From: Eubacteriaceae bacterium ES2
Lineage (GTDB): Bacteria > Bacillota > Clostridia > Eubacteriales > Eubacteriaceae
Length of the DNA stretch: 24,000 nt
Direction: 5' to 3'
NCBI GenBank assembly: GCA_031222025.1
Contig: CP130740.1
Location: forward strand, 1,385,666 to 1,409,665
A model generated the notes under the pieces. The model did no database searches. It saw only the letters and a program-made list of their open reading frames with translations, and was not told where the DNA came from. Below, piece by piece: positions 1-10,337 of this stretch. The translations under genes and the position numbers were made by a program. Each line of letters starts with the position of its first letter. The stretch's first letter is position 1.

Positions 1-1
1 G

Positions 2-1234
2 ATTGAGAGTCAAAATGATTTCAGAATTCCTGAGCTGATACCCATGCGTCATGAAAAAATGGCCTCTTCACCATTTTCTTTTTTTCGGGGAACAGCACTG
101 TTAATGGCTCATGATCTGTCACATCAGGCTCAAACTGGTATTCATGCAATTATTTGTGGAGACGCGCATATTGGCAATTTTGGTTTTTTTGCTTCCCCCG
201 AGCGAAGACTAATATTTGATTTGAATGACTTCGATGAAGCAGCGCCAGGGCCATGGGAATGGGATTTAAAGCGGTTTTTAACGAGTATTATTCTGATTGG
301 CAAAGAACATGAATTGAATGAGAATAAGATTCGGGAAATATGTCTTGAAGCTGCTAAGCATTATCGAAATGGGTTGTCGTTAATGTTATCAATGAGTTCA
401 CTGGAACGCTATTTTCTAATAGGTGATGAGGTTTTGTTTTTGGATAGTTTTTCCAAGTCATCGCGGGCAGATTTCGAAAAAATTATTAATAAAGCTAAGA
501 CAAGAACCTCAGATCAAGTCATCAATAAAATGACTGAAACAGACCAGTTTGGGCGGAGAATATTTATTGAAAAGCCACCTGTGGTTGAACGAGTTCAAAA
601 TGAATTAATGGGTAAAGTTGAAGCCTGTTACATGGAATACCTAAAAACTGTTCGACCGGACATTGGCGTCCTTTTATCTCAACATATCCCAACAGATGTT
701 GCCAGACGAGTGGTTGGTGTTGGAAGTATTGGCACCAGGTGCTATTTGCTGGTCCTAACCTGTGAGGATGAAAGTCACTTGGTCTTACAAATTAAGCAGG
801 CTTCAGATTCAGCAATAAGCCGCTATTGCCAACGAAATTTTACAACACCGGAAACTTTGGATCATAATCTTGGAAATGGTTTTCGTGTTGTGAGCCATCA
901 ACAAATGCTTCAAGCAGTTTCTGATCCGTTTCTTGGCTATTTTACCAGTGATGATGGTTTTGATTTCTATGTCAGGCAATTTCGTGATATGAAAGGAACA
1001 GTTAAACTTGACGAACTGGATAATGACACATTCAAAGAATATGCCAGAAACTGTGGGATTGTTCTGGCCCGGGCTCACGCGCAAAGTCCGTACGCCAATT
1101 GGATAAAGGGGTATCTTGGTGAAAGCGATGAGTTTGATCACGCGGTTTATGAATGGAGCATGGCTTATTCGCGGCAGGTTTTTAATGATTATAAGATATA
1201 CGTTGATAAACTCGGACTAGCCTCCGAGAAGTAA
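2..1234 (+). CDS. DUF2252 family protein, 5' end truncated by window edge
   Basis: The frame is open from position 2 (IESQNDFRIPELIPMRHE...), so ATG 44 is probably internal. Motifs SPFSFFRGTALLMAHDL, CGDAHIGNFGFF, FDLNDFDEAAPGPWEWDLKR and ARAHAQS are typical of DUF2252. Confidence 0.9.
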   Translation: MESQNDFRIPELIPMRHEKMASSPFSFFRGTALLMAHDLSHQAQTGIHAIICGDAHIGNFGFFASPERRLIFDLNDFDEAAPGPWEWDLKRFLTSIILIGKEHELNENKIREICLEAAKHYRNGLSLMLSMSSLERYFLIGDEVLFLDSFSKSSRADFEKIINKAKTRTSDQVINKMTETDQFGRRIFIEKPPVVERVQNELMGKVEACYMEYLKTVRPDIGVLLSQHIPTDVARRVVGVGSIGTRCYLLVLTCEDESHLVLQIKQASDSAISRYCQRNFTTPETLDHNLGNGFRVVSHQQMLQAVSDPFLGYFTSDDGFDFYVRQFRDMKGTVKLDELDNDTFKEYARNCGIVLARAHAQSPYANWIKGYLGESDEFDHAVYEWSMAYSRQVFNDYKIYVDKLGLASEK

Positions 1235-1237
1235 ATT

Positions 1238-1277
1238 AAAAACCCTCTAAAAGAGTCGCAACTTTTAAAGGGTTTTT
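1238..1277 (+). terminator. Rho-independent terminator after the DUF2252 gene
   Basis: AAAAACCCTCTAAAAG (1238-1253) / CTTTTAAAGGGTTTTT (1262-1277), a 16-bp stem with one mismatch ending in a T-run, 4 nt after the stop codon. Confidence 0.8.
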
Positions 1278-1693
1278 GATTGGAATCCAAGAGACTGGAA
1301 AAGGTTTTTTCAGCTGAATCAATGCGATAAGTGTTGATACAAACTGAAATAATGCATAAAATGATGAATCTATCCATATTATATCGGAATTTCTATTGAA
1401 AGTCAAGTGCAAAACAAGATAAAAAGTAACGAAAATGATCGTAATTGGTTTAATAAATAAAGTCAAGCGCGGATGAAAAAGCAAATTTCATCTGATGAAT
1501 CAACAAACGTTTACAAATCATTTGTCTTGAAATCTTTTAAGGATTTTGATAGAATAAATTCGTTGATGTTTGAAAGGTTTCGAAAAGAGCAATGGCGCTA
1601 ATAACTTCGAAAGGAGTTTTTGCGCCCTTTTTTGCTTTATGCCATTTAAATTTTAACTCAAAAGAGTTTATAATTTCTTTAAAGGAGGATGAT

Positions 1694-2974
1694 ATGACAG
1701 AAGCAACATATTTTTTTCTTTCGCTGGTGATTTTTATTGGTGTCTATGTTTTGATTATTATGGATCGGTTGGATCGGACACTTGTTGCCTTGGCGGGAGG
1801 CTTGCTGATGATTTTTTTGCAAATTATCAATCAGGAGGAAGCGATTCATGCCGTTGACTTTGACACCATTACCTTACTAATTGGTATGATGATGATTGTT
1901 ATGGTAATGCGGCGGACCGGCATTTTTGAATATCTGGCTATCAAAATGCTGAAAATATCAAAAGCCGATCCTCAAAGACTGATTATTCTGTTTTCTTTGA
2001 TAACCGGTGTTTTGTCTGGTCTACTTGATAATGTTACAACAATTATGCTGATTATACCGGTAACGCTAAGTGTTGCAAAGGACCTGAAACTTGATCCCAT
2101 TCCGTTTATAATTGCTGAAATTTTTTCTTCTAATATTGGTGGTACAGCAACATTAATTGGGGATCCACCTAATATTATGATTGGCAGTGAAGTACCACTT
2201 TCATTCAATGATTTTTTGTTGAATAATGCCATAATTGCCTTGCCGATTCTCATTGTCACCTCAATCCTGTTTTCCCTGTTGTACAAACGGATGTTGGTTG
2301 CTGATGAAACGGTTAAACGAAAACTGCTGGAAGTCGATGAAAATGAGGCTATTCATGATCCGGTTCTATTGCGAAAGAGCCTAGTGATTTTCAGTCTTGT
2401 TATATTAGGATTTATTTTTAACGCTTATATCCATGTTGAGTCGGCAACGATTGCTTTAACTGGTGCCGTGGCATTAATTTTTCTCTCAGGAATTTCGTCA
2501 GAAGAAATTTTAGTTGAAGTTGAGTGGAAAACAATTTTCTTTTTTATTGGGCTTTTTATGTTGGTTGGGGGAATTGAAGCAACTGGCGTAATTGAAATGC
2601 TGGCTGAAGAAGTACTTCGACTAACCGGAGGGAATCTTTTCAGCACATCCATATCGATTTTATGGGTGTCTGCGCTTGCTTCTGCCTTTATAGATAATAT
2701 CCCCTTTGTTGCCACAATGATTCCGATGATTACTGATATGGGAATTATTTCGGGAATGGACGTTTACCCTTTATGGTGGGCTTTGTCACTAGGTGCATGT
2801 CTGGGGGGGAATGGGACTGTTATTGGAGCCAGTGCTAATGTTGTGGCCATCGGACTGGCAGAAGGTCAGGGATATAAAATCACCTTTAAAAACTATTTTA
2901 GGGTCGCTTTTCCCTTCATGCTGATGACTGTTTTTGTTGCGATGATTTATCTTATTTTTCGTTTTCTGGTTTAA
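1694..2974 (+). CDS. ArsB/NhaD-type (SLC13-like) ion/anion permease
   Basis: Strong RBS AAAGGAGG just upstream of ATG 1694, so the ORF-track start at 1592 is likely too early. Polytopic membrane protein with LLDNVTTIMLIIPVT, GGTATLIGDPPNIMIG, FIDNIPFVATMIPM and GGNGTVIGASANVVAIG motifs. Confidence 0.88.
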   Translation: MTEATYFFLSLVIFIGVYVLIIMDRLDRTLVALAGGLLMIFLQIINQEEAIHAVDFDTITLLIGMMMIVMVMRRTGIFEYLAIKMLKISKADPQRLIILFSLITGVLSGLLDNVTTIMLIIPVTLSVAKDLKLDPIPFIIAEIFSSNIGGTATLIGDPPNIMIGSEVPLSFNDFLLNNAIIALPILIVTSILFSLLYKRMLVADETVKRKLLEVDENEAIHDPVLLRKSLVIFSLVILGFIFNAYIHVESATIALTGAVALIFLSGISSEEILVEVEWKTIFFFIGLFMLVGGIEATGVIEMLAEEVLRLTGGNLFSTSISILWVSALASAFIDNIPFVATMIPMITDMGIISGMDVYPLWWALSLGACLGGNGTVIGASANVVAIGLAEGQGYKITFKNYFRVAFPFMLMTVFVAMIYLIFRFLV

Positions 2975-3018
2975 AAAAGAGCAGTTTCTTTAGGGGGAAA
3001 TAAAGAAACTGCTCTTTT
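2975..3018. terminator. Bidirectional terminator between convergent genes
   Basis: Inverted repeat AAAAGAGCAGTTTCTTTA (2975-2992) / TAAAGAAACTGCTCTTTT (3001-3018) between convergent CDSs. Confidence 0.88.
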
Positions 3019-3036
3019 AAAGATGTTAAATTTCTT

Positions 3037-4230
3037 TCATTGTTTTTGAGCTATTGCAGGTGAAACTGCTTTTTCTTGAGAACTCAAATGTTCAAAAAAG
3101 TCTTTCTTATAGGCTTCTTTTTTTTGATACATGTGCTGATCAGCGTCTTTTAAGAGATCTGATAATGGGCGGTTTTCAGAAACTGTTTGTGTGCTGCAAC
3201 CAAAACTGATACTGAGCTGGTATGGTTTAGAAGCGGACTCGTTGTACATTATTAAAGCATTTGAAATATTTTGTAATAATGCATTTAAATTGAGATGGTC
3301 ATCAGATTCGATTAAAATTAAAAATTCATCGCCGCCAAAACGATACACGGTATCACCTGAACTAATCATTGATTCCAGAATGTGGGAAGTGGTTATTAGG
3401 GCTTCGTCCCCGGTGTGGTGGCCATAGCAATCATTTATTTGTTTGAAATTATTAATATCACCAAGAATAATAGAAAAAGCCTGAGCTTTATCATTCAGAT
3501 ATTGGACACGTTGCACAAAACGTTCACGGGTAGGAAGACCGGTTAAGGCGTCACGCAGGTTATTGTCTTGTTCAATCTGAACATAGGCAATGAGCGTAGA
3601 GAAGGAAAAAGCCGGCCAGATGATCAATAATCCATAAGCAACGGATTGAAGAACACCGGCAAGAATCGGAATTAGCATGAACAGAAAAACTGATTCGAGA
3701 ATTCGCCCGTTTATCTGTTTTTTGAATTTGAAGGTACATAAGTAGAGGATGGTAATCATCAGATAAGTTAGCGAAACAATCAGATAAAGGCCAATATTGC
3801 GGGCGTACTGATTTTCGGAATTGATGGTAAATACAAAGCCGGTAAAGAAATTGATGGACATGATTAAAAGAGTAATGTAAAAAGGAATGAGATAAAAACG
3901 GATGCGTTTCTTTAAAGCACGGTAATCATCGAAAATTTTATAATCGGCATAGGCAACCCAAGCCACAGCTGGGAAGCTATTAAAACAAATAAGTATGGTG
4001 TTGCTGACAAGCAGTAGCCAGTAACTAAAAACATAATGTGTGCCATCAAGAAACCAGGTAAGACCTTCCAAAAAGTTCATTATGATCAAAATGAAAACAA
4101 TATTTAGAAGTAGTTTCGTAGAGATGTCATGCGAACGGTTTTTTTTAATGAGACTGATGGCAATAAAGATCAGGAGACAAATCGCAAAGAGCAGCAGGTC
4201 AATTGAATAGAAAAGATGCAGATGGTTCAT
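3037..4230 (-). CDS. Membrane-anchored GGDEF diguanylate cyclase
   Basis: Multiple N-terminal TM segments, then DALTGLPTRERF, DINNFKQINDCYGHHTGDE and YRFGGDEFLIL. RBS GGAGG upstream of ATG 4230. Confidence 0.92.
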   Translation of the reverse strand: MNHLHLFYSIDLLLFAICLLIFIAISLIKKNRSHDISTKLLLNIVFILIIMNFLEGLTWFLDGTHYVFSYWLLLVSNTILICFNSFPAVAWVAYADYKIFDDYRALKKRIRFYLIPFYITLLIMSINFFTGFVFTINSENQYARNIGLYLIVSLTYLMITILYLCTFKFKKQINGRILESVFLFMLIPILAGVLQSVAYGLLIIWPAFSFSTLIAYVQIEQDNNLRDALTGLPTRERFVQRVQYLNDKAQAFSIILGDINNFKQINDCYGHHTGDEALITTSHILESMISSGDTVYRFGGDEFLILIESDDHLNLNALLQNISNALIMYNESASKPYQLSISFGCSTQTVSENRPLSDLLKDADQHMYQKKEAYKKDFFEHLSSQEKAVSPAIAQKQ

Positions 4231-4266
4231 AAAGCCTCCAAATTATAAATTGATTTGATCTTAATT

Positions 4267-4329
4267 ATTATAACATAAGGCCTAAGCGGAATGAAGATAG
4301 AATAATTCGCTTAGGCCTTATGTTATAAT
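4267..4329. terminator. Long perfect inverted repeat, probable stem-loop/terminator for the upstream minus-strand gene
   Basis: ATTATAACATAAGGCCTAAGCG (4267-4288) / CGCTTAGGCCTTATGTTATAAT (4308-4329), 22-bp perfect arms, 19-nt loop. No strong U-tract on the minus strand. Confidence 0.55.
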
Positions 4330-4344
4330 TCCCAAACAATTCGG

Positions 4345-5430
4345 TTAGACTTGGGCAGGGATAAAAAGTTTGGGATCAGAGTATCGGACAACTTTGTTTC
4401 GGCCGCTGTTTTTAGCATCTTTAAGCGCTATACCGGCATTCTTAATGGTATCAAGACAATCTCCACCCGGATATAGAGCAGTGCCAATTGAAATAGTGAT
4501 AGGACAAACTCCGTTAACAGAGCGCTCGACGGCATTGCGGATTCGCTCGGCAACTAAATCGACCTGATCCTCAGGACAATCAAATAGAATGGCGGCAAAT
4601 TCTTCTCCACCCCACCGAATAACCAGATCAGAAGCTCTTAAACTGTTACGAATACAGTCTGCGACAAACTGTAGAATGCGATCACCATTATCGTGACCAA
4701 AGTGATCATTAACTGCCTTTAAATGGTCGATATCCATCATTAAAATAGCAATCTGGCTGCTTAAAAAACTGATATCATGAGAAGCGCCCATCAGTTCATC
4801 GATTTTACGACGATTAAAAACTTTGGTCAAGGGGTCGTGAAGGAGTGCAAAGGCTAATTTTTTTTCCATGAGATAATGCTGGAAATAAAATTGCGTAAAT
4901 GTGAAAGTTAAAGCTGATAAAAAAATGATTGGAATAATTAAAGAAACAAGTGCGGCTGGTGAGTTTTCAAGCAGTTGGTAATAGTTGAAAAAATAAAAGT
5001 CTCCAATCAAAGCCAAATAAGTAACAATGGAAAAGGATAGAGGTGCTGAAAATGTGATAAGAAATAATATAAAAGCGGCAAAAATTAAGACTATGTTTAT
5101 TGATGAATAGCTGCTTTTTGAGCTGTTGATCAGAAGTGCGCCGATAATAAAAGCATGGATGGTTATCAATGAAAGCCCCGATATTAATTTGTAATTACTG
5201 CTTTGAGTTGATGTAAAATAAACCGCCAACAAAGGTAAAATAAAAAGAAGGCGCATTATAAAAACAAATGATGAAATCGAAGCGGTTATACAAAAATCAT
5301 TGATGATCGCACCCAGATATAGAAATAAAGCAATTGTTAAAACGACAAGATTGAATGATCGATAATAGTGATATTTAGCCAGATAAAAGTCATTCCGGGC
5401 GCTTTCCGGAAGATTTAAAAAAATATTCAT
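4345..5430 (-). CDS. Membrane-anchored GGDEF-family (GGEEF) diguanylate cyclase
   Basis: TM-rich N-terminus, then HDPLTKVFNRRK, DIDHLKAVNDHFGHDNGD and IRWGGEEFAA. ORF extends to 5451, but GAGGAG precedes the internal ATG at 5430, the more likely start. Confidence 0.9.
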   Translation of the reverse strand: MNIFLNLPESARNDFYLAKYHYYRSFNLVVLTIALFLYLGAIINDFCITASISSFVFIMRLLFILPLLAVYFTSTQSSNYKLISGLSLITIHAFIIGALLINSSKSSYSSINIVLIFAAFILFLITFSAPLSFSIVTYLALIGDFYFFNYYQLLENSPAALVSLIIPIIFLSALTFTFTQFYFQHYLMEKKLAFALLHDPLTKVFNRRKIDELMGASHDISFLSSQIAILMMDIDHLKAVNDHFGHDNGDRILQFVADCIRNSLRASDLVIRWGGEEFAAILFDCPEDQVDLVAERIRNAVERSVNGVCPITISIGTALYPGGDCLDTIKNAGIALKDAKNSGRNKVVRYSDPKLFIPAQV

Positions 5431-5824
5431 CTTTGGGGTCTCCTCAGTCACGTAAAATAATCCAAGATTTTGATGGATAGAATATTATACCATATTTAAT
5501 CTAATGAAGGAATTTAAAAGCGCACGACAGGGAGCGATATTTAAAATGAGCAGGGATCAGGATCGGGCTGTGACATATAAAAGCCTGACATGAATGAAAT
5601 ACCGAAAGAGAATATTGTGGGTTTTATCGGGTATGAATTTGGTATATTTCTTTTTAATAATTTCCCGTCTTACAAATCCATTCAAAGGGATTCAAGGGAA
5701 CAAACCCAACCGTAAAAAACTGAATCCCCAAAAAGTGCAAGAGAGAAACCTGCGTTAGAGTCGAACACGATAACTTTTTCAGCCAGTAAATAGCAACTTA
5801 AAAGGGTATAATAAGGGAAACGTG

Positions 5825-8119
5825 ATGAAAAAAGATCAGATTAGAGATTTTCTTAATAAAAATATTTTTAAAGCAGATGAACAGGACGAAAGCCTTGGCA
5901 ATCTGCACTTGTTAAAGAACAGGATTTATTCACTGGTCTCATTTCTGATTGTTTTATTCAGTGGACCACTGCTTGTATATGGGGCATATTTATTTTATCA
6001 GAAAAATGATTATTTACAGGCTAGTCTGGAAATCATAGTCTACATCATCGTGATTATTTCTATGACATCTCCCAACATTGGCGTTGATCTAAAGAAGATT
6101 ATCATGATATCATTGATTTATTTTTTCGGTCTTGTTTTGTTGCTTTCTGCTGGGCCCCAAGGAGCTGGGCAAATTACGATTGTTTTATCCTTTGTATTGT
6201 CTTCTTCTGTGCTGGGTAAAAAACAGAACATTCTATTTTTTATTTTTAATCTGGCTATTTTTATCATGATTACGGTTTTTCTTTCTTTGGGCTTTTTAAA
6301 AGGACTTGCCATCAGTCAATATGAAAACTATTGGCTGATCAATGTTCTGACGTTACAACTTGTTTTGATGGGGATGGTTTTTCTACATCAGATGATCTAT
6401 GATGGTCTGGAAAAACAAACTGAAGCAGTTCTCAAATCAAAAAAAAAGTTGGCTGTCAGCGAAGAAAGGTATCGTATTTTGGCCGATAACACTGCAGACG
6501 TTATTTGGGTTTATAATGTTGACTTGAAAAAATTTGTCTATATTAGTCCGGCGATCAAAACACTGCGGGGATTAACTGTAGAGGAAGCGTTAAAAGAGTC
6601 GCTTGAAGAATCAGTGATACCTGAATTTAGAGCGGCTCTAGTTGCTGAGATTGCCAAAAGTTTAAATGATTTCTTGCATAATCCGACAGAGCCGGAAGAT
6701 TTTATTAATGAATTTAAACACCCCTGTAAAGATGGGACTAGCGTTTGGGTTGAAACGGCATCTCGTTATCGCTTTAATGCTAACGGGGAAGTCGAGATCA
6801 TAAGTTCCAGCCGTAATATTATGGAACGAAAAGAAAAGGAAGCTCAGATCGAGTATTTAGATGATCATGATCCCTTAACAGGCTTATTTAACCGCAAAGC
6901 GCTGATGAAGAGAATGCTTAAAGATGAGAAACAGATATCTGTGATTAGTATCAACATTGATAATTTCAGGGTGATTAATGAAGAGCTTGGTCATAAGGGG
7001 GGAGATCGTATTCTTCAGGAATTGTCAGAAAATATCATGACAGCAGTCACAGACATCGGTCAGGTTTACCGGATTGGCGGTGACGAATTTGTAGTGGTAA
7101 TAAAAAATAATTATCACAAACAGGTTCTTAATGTAGCTGAGAAAATTTCTAAAGCTGTTTCAAGACAATTTAAGTCTGATTCTAAGATCTTGTATATTAC
7201 TGTTTCGCTGGGGATCGGAATAGGAGATGAGAATGAAGATTTATCAGAAATTATAAAAAAATCTGACACTGCTTTATACGTTGCTAAAAAAGAAAAAAAT
7301 CAAATATTGCTGTATCAGCCATCAATGGAAAAACGAAGAAGCTGGGAAGCGATACTCGAAAAAGATTTATCATCAGCCCTGGAAAACAAGGAATTCGAAC
7401 TTGTTTTTCAGCCGATTTATGATATAAATCAGCATAAGTTTAATCAGGCTGAAGCTTTGCTGCGATGGAATCATCCGGACTTAGGCGAGATTTCACCTGT
7501 TGACTTTATTCCAATCGCAGAAAAAACCCGTTTGATTATTCCCATCACTAACTGGGTCATAAAAGAAGTCTGTAAACAAAGCAGTAAATGGGCTTCAGCG
7601 GGATTGGGGGAAATGATTATCAGTATTAATATCTCAATTTTACTATTTGAAAATAGGGGTTCAGAGCTTTTAGAAGCTGTTCAGACGGGAATAGATGAGG
7701 CAATGATTCTGGCCAGCTCGATCAAATTGGAAATTACTGAAAGCTGCTTGATCAGAGATACCAATGAGTTAATCAAAACATTTTCTGAGTTGAAGAAAAT
7801 TGGTGTCAAATTGGCATTGGATGACTTCGGCACGGGTTATTCTTTTTTTGGCAGTATCAAAGACTTGCCGCTGGATGTGATTAAACTGGATCGATCGTTG
7901 ATCGCGCAAATTGATATAGATCTGCGAGAGCAGCAAATAATAAAAGCCTTAATTACAATTATTCACAATTTAAAAATTAAAATTGTGGCTGAGGGAATTG
8001 AGACAGTAGCAGAATTTGAAATTTTGCAGCAAATGGGTTGTGATTATATTCAGGGATTTTATTTTAGTCAGCCACTGAAAGCAAGCGATTTGTTTTTTTT
8101 CTGTACTAATAATAGCTAG
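5825..8119 (+). CDS. Membrane PAS-GGDEF-EAL protein (potential diguanylate cyclase/phosphodiesterase)
   Basis: Hydrophobic N-terminus; PAS (RYRILADNTADVIWVYN); YRIGGDEFVVV; EAL hallmarks FQPIYDI, AEALLRWNHP, ESCLI, DDFGTGYS, KLDRSL and KIVAEGIETV. The track uses GTG 5822; ATG 5825 is adjacent. Confidence 0.92.
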   Translation: MKKDQIRDFLNKNIFKADEQDESLGNLHLLKNRIYSLVSFLIVLFSGPLLVYGAYLFYQKNDYLQASLEIIVYIIVIISMTSPNIGVDLKKIIMISLIYFFGLVLLLSAGPQGAGQITIVLSFVLSSSVLGKKQNILFFIFNLAIFIMITVFLSLGFLKGLAISQYENYWLINVLTLQLVLMGMVFLHQMIYDGLEKQTEAVLKSKKKLAVSEERYRILADNTADVIWVYNVDLKKFVYISPAIKTLRGLTVEEALKESLEESVIPEFRAALVAEIAKSLNDFLHNPTEPEDFINEFKHPCKDGTSVWVETASRYRFNANGEVEIISSSRNIMERKEKEAQIEYLDDHDPLTGLFNRKALMKRMLKDEKQISVISINIDNFRVINEELGHKGGDRILQELSENIMTAVTDIGQVYRIGGDEFVVVIKNNYHKQVLNVAEKISKAVSRQFKSDSKILYITVSLGIGIGDENEDLSEIIKKSDTALYVAKKEKNQILLYQPSMEKRRSWEAILEKDLSSALENKEFELVFQPIYDINQHKFNQAEALLRWNHPDLGEISPVDFIPIAEKTRLIIPITNWVIKEVCKQSSKWASAGLGEMIISINISILLFENRGSELLEAVQTGIDEAMILASSIKLEITESCLIRDTNELIKTFSELKKIGVKLALDDFGTGYSFFGSIKDLPLDVIKLDRSLIAQIDIDLREQQIIKALITIIHNLKIKIVAEGIETVAEFEILQQMGCDYIQGFYFSQPLKASDLFFFCTNNS

Positions 8120-8195
8120 AAAAAGGGCTTCGATCTGCTTTGGAGAGCTTATTTTGGGTAAATATCTTATAATTCGTACTGCATAAGGAGTGAAA

Positions 8196-10172
8196 ATGAA
8201 AAAGAAAATTTTAGGACTAGTTGTTTTATTAGGTTGTATATTTTTATTAAGTTCCTGTAGTTTTACACAAACAAATTCAAATAGTCAATATGAACAAACT
8301 ATTGAAACTGCAAGAACGGCGGTTTGGCGATCCATTACCTCCGGCAATGTTTCCAGTGCCGGTGTTGCAATCATGAAGGACGGTCAGCTGGTTTACAGCG
8401 AAGGTTTTGGTATGGCTAACCGACTTTCATCACAGGCAGTTGATGGTCAGACGCAGTTTAATATTGGATCAGTGAGCAAAGTATTTACAACAGTTGCAGT
8501 GCTGCAGCTGGCTGAAGAAGGAGTCATTAATCTGGATGAGCCAGTTGTAACTTATCTTAGTGATTTTACAATGCTGGATGAGAGATACCAGATGATTACT
8601 GTTAAAATGCTTTTAAATCATACGTCAGGATTACCAGGCACATATATTCGTAATGGTTTTGCAACGGCTGAGGACCCGGAATTTTTATCACAATTTATGG
8701 ATTATCTGTCCCAGAGTACCCTTAAAAGTGATCCCGGTAGTATCAGCGTCTACTGCAATGACGGATTTACATTGGCGCAAGTTCTGATCGAACGAGTAAC
8801 TGGTCAGACCTATGCCGATTATTTGCAGGAGCATATTTTCGATGTGGCTCAAATGGATAATTCATCTTGCTCTTTTATGCCAGATAATCAAAACATTGCC
8901 CTAAATTATAAGGAAGATGGTTTGGCTAACCCGGTTGAAATTGTTAATTTAATGGGGACGGGTGGATTGTCATCGACTGCTGCAGATCTATGTAAATTTG
9001 GTCAGGCGCTTTTAAATAATGATCTGATAAATGAAGATTCGTTTCATCTGATGTCACAAGCTCAGTATGGCGAAAATACAGTGCCGGAAGGTATACCAAT
9101 TACAGATTATGGTTTGGGTTGGGATATGGTAGCGGTTTCTGATTTTGTCAATCAGGGTATTACAGTACACAGTAAAAATGGAGCGACATTTCAGTATTCT
9201 TCGCAATTTTATCTGATACCAGAACAAAGTCTTGTTCTGGCTGTTACTTATTCGGGAAATAAAGACGTTACCGCGGTGACAAATGAAATTACTGAAGCAA
9301 TTTTAGAAGAAACAGGTGCGATAAGTGCTCAAGCTGATGCTATAATCAGTGCCGCAACATCGTTTCCAGCAGAAATTTTGCAGTATTCAGGTATTTATGG
9401 TGGCGCCGGAACAATCTGGAGGATTCGTTTTGATCTGACGAATAATACCATGATTATTGATGATTATATTGAAGGCGAATTCGTTGAATCTCAGGAAATG
9501 GCTTACTTTGACGATGGTTATTTTCACAACGCTTCGGGTATGAGATATAGTTTTTCAAAAAGTGTAGATAAAAATCTGATTATAATGACTGTCCCGGATG
9601 TCGAAAGTCATCTGGTGGTTGGCGAAAGCCTTTTACCAGGAACGATTACTGATACTGGAAACTTTAATGATACCTGGTGGGTGCCGATAAATCTTAGCAG
9701 CTCTGATTTAAATGCAGAGGCCACTTATACAGATTCCTTTGACGAAATTCCTGGTTTGATAACCATTGATCAGGCTACTGCCTATGCTTTAACTGATAAT
9801 ATGACCAGCAGGATGATTCTTGAATATGCCAGAGATCTGGCAGATTTTAAAATAAGTCTTAAAGATGGTGTGGCGAGACTGACTTGCTTTGGCGTTCAAT
9901 ACAAAAATGCTTCGGCAATTGAAGTTTTGGCAAATTCTCAGGATTTTTTGATTGAAGCTGACGGGGGAAATGTACTAAGACGGACAAGTAACGATATGAA
10001 CCTTCAAATTTCAATGCCCGACAATGGACGAGTTGTAATTTATGCACCGGATTATTCAATCTTTTATGACAGTCTATTTGGAACTCAAGAATCAATTGAT
10101 GTGGAAGCTGGTTCGGTTCTGCTGCTCTCTGGCAACGCTGGGGATGCTTTTAGCGTAACGGTTCTTAATTAA
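8196..10172 (+). CDS. Beta-lactamase-fold serine hydrolase (class C/PBP-like) lipoprotein with a long C-terminal extension
   Basis: Lipobox LLSSC after a hydrophobic signal peptide; SxxK motif in NIGSVSKVF; YCNDG (YxN-like); HTSGLPG. RBS AAGGAG at 8185-8190. The track start at 8190 overlaps the RBS. Confidence 0.88.
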   Translation: MKKKILGLVVLLGCIFLLSSCSFTQTNSNSQYEQTIETARTAVWRSITSGNVSSAGVAIMKDGQLVYSEGFGMANRLSSQAVDGQTQFNIGSVSKVFTTVAVLQLAEEGVINLDEPVVTYLSDFTMLDERYQMITVKMLLNHTSGLPGTYIRNGFATAEDPEFLSQFMDYLSQSTLKSDPGSISVYCNDGFTLAQVLIERVTGQTYADYLQEHIFDVAQMDNSSCSFMPDNQNIALNYKEDGLANPVEIVNLMGTGGLSSTAADLCKFGQALLNNDLINEDSFHLMSQAQYGENTVPEGIPITDYGLGWDMVAVSDFVNQGITVHSKNGATFQYSSQFYLIPEQSLVLAVTYSGNKDVTAVTNEITEAILEETGAISAQADAIISAATSFPAEILQYSGIYGGAGTIWRIRFDLTNNTMIIDDYIEGEFVESQEMAYFDDGYFHNASGMRYSFSKSVDKNLIIMTVPDVESHLVVGESLLPGTITDTGNFNDTWWVPINLSSSDLNAEATYTDSFDEIPGLITIDQATAYALTDNMTSRMILEYARDLADFKISLKDGVARLTCFGVQYKNASAIEVLANSQDFLIEADGGNVLRRTSNDMNLQISMPDNGRVVIYAPDYSIFYDSLFGTQESIDVEAGSVLLLSGNAGDAFSVTVLN

Positions 10173-10337
10173 GTATGCTGCAGCGATTTTTACAATTTAT
10201 CCTTTCACGAAAAAAAAACAAAAATATTAAGCAAGTAGACTGAAATTCAGCAGTATTTTAAATAATCGCGGATAATAATTTGTAAGAAATTGAGTTGAGA
10301 AGTGAAGAAGTAACTACAAATAAGGTGAAAACATTAA

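Noticed and set aside
1236-1484. Small hydrophobic minus-strand ORF (82 aa)
   Set aside because: TTG start, no Shine-Dalgarno, and its 3' end runs through the DUF2252 terminator hairpin. Likely chance ORF in AT-rich intergenic DNA.
5521-5821. c-di-GMP (GEMM) riboswitch upstream of the GGDEF-EAL gene
   Set aside because: The gene context made it attractive, but I could not find the conserved GEMM-I or c-di-GMP-II core by eye. Not claimed without a covariance-model search.
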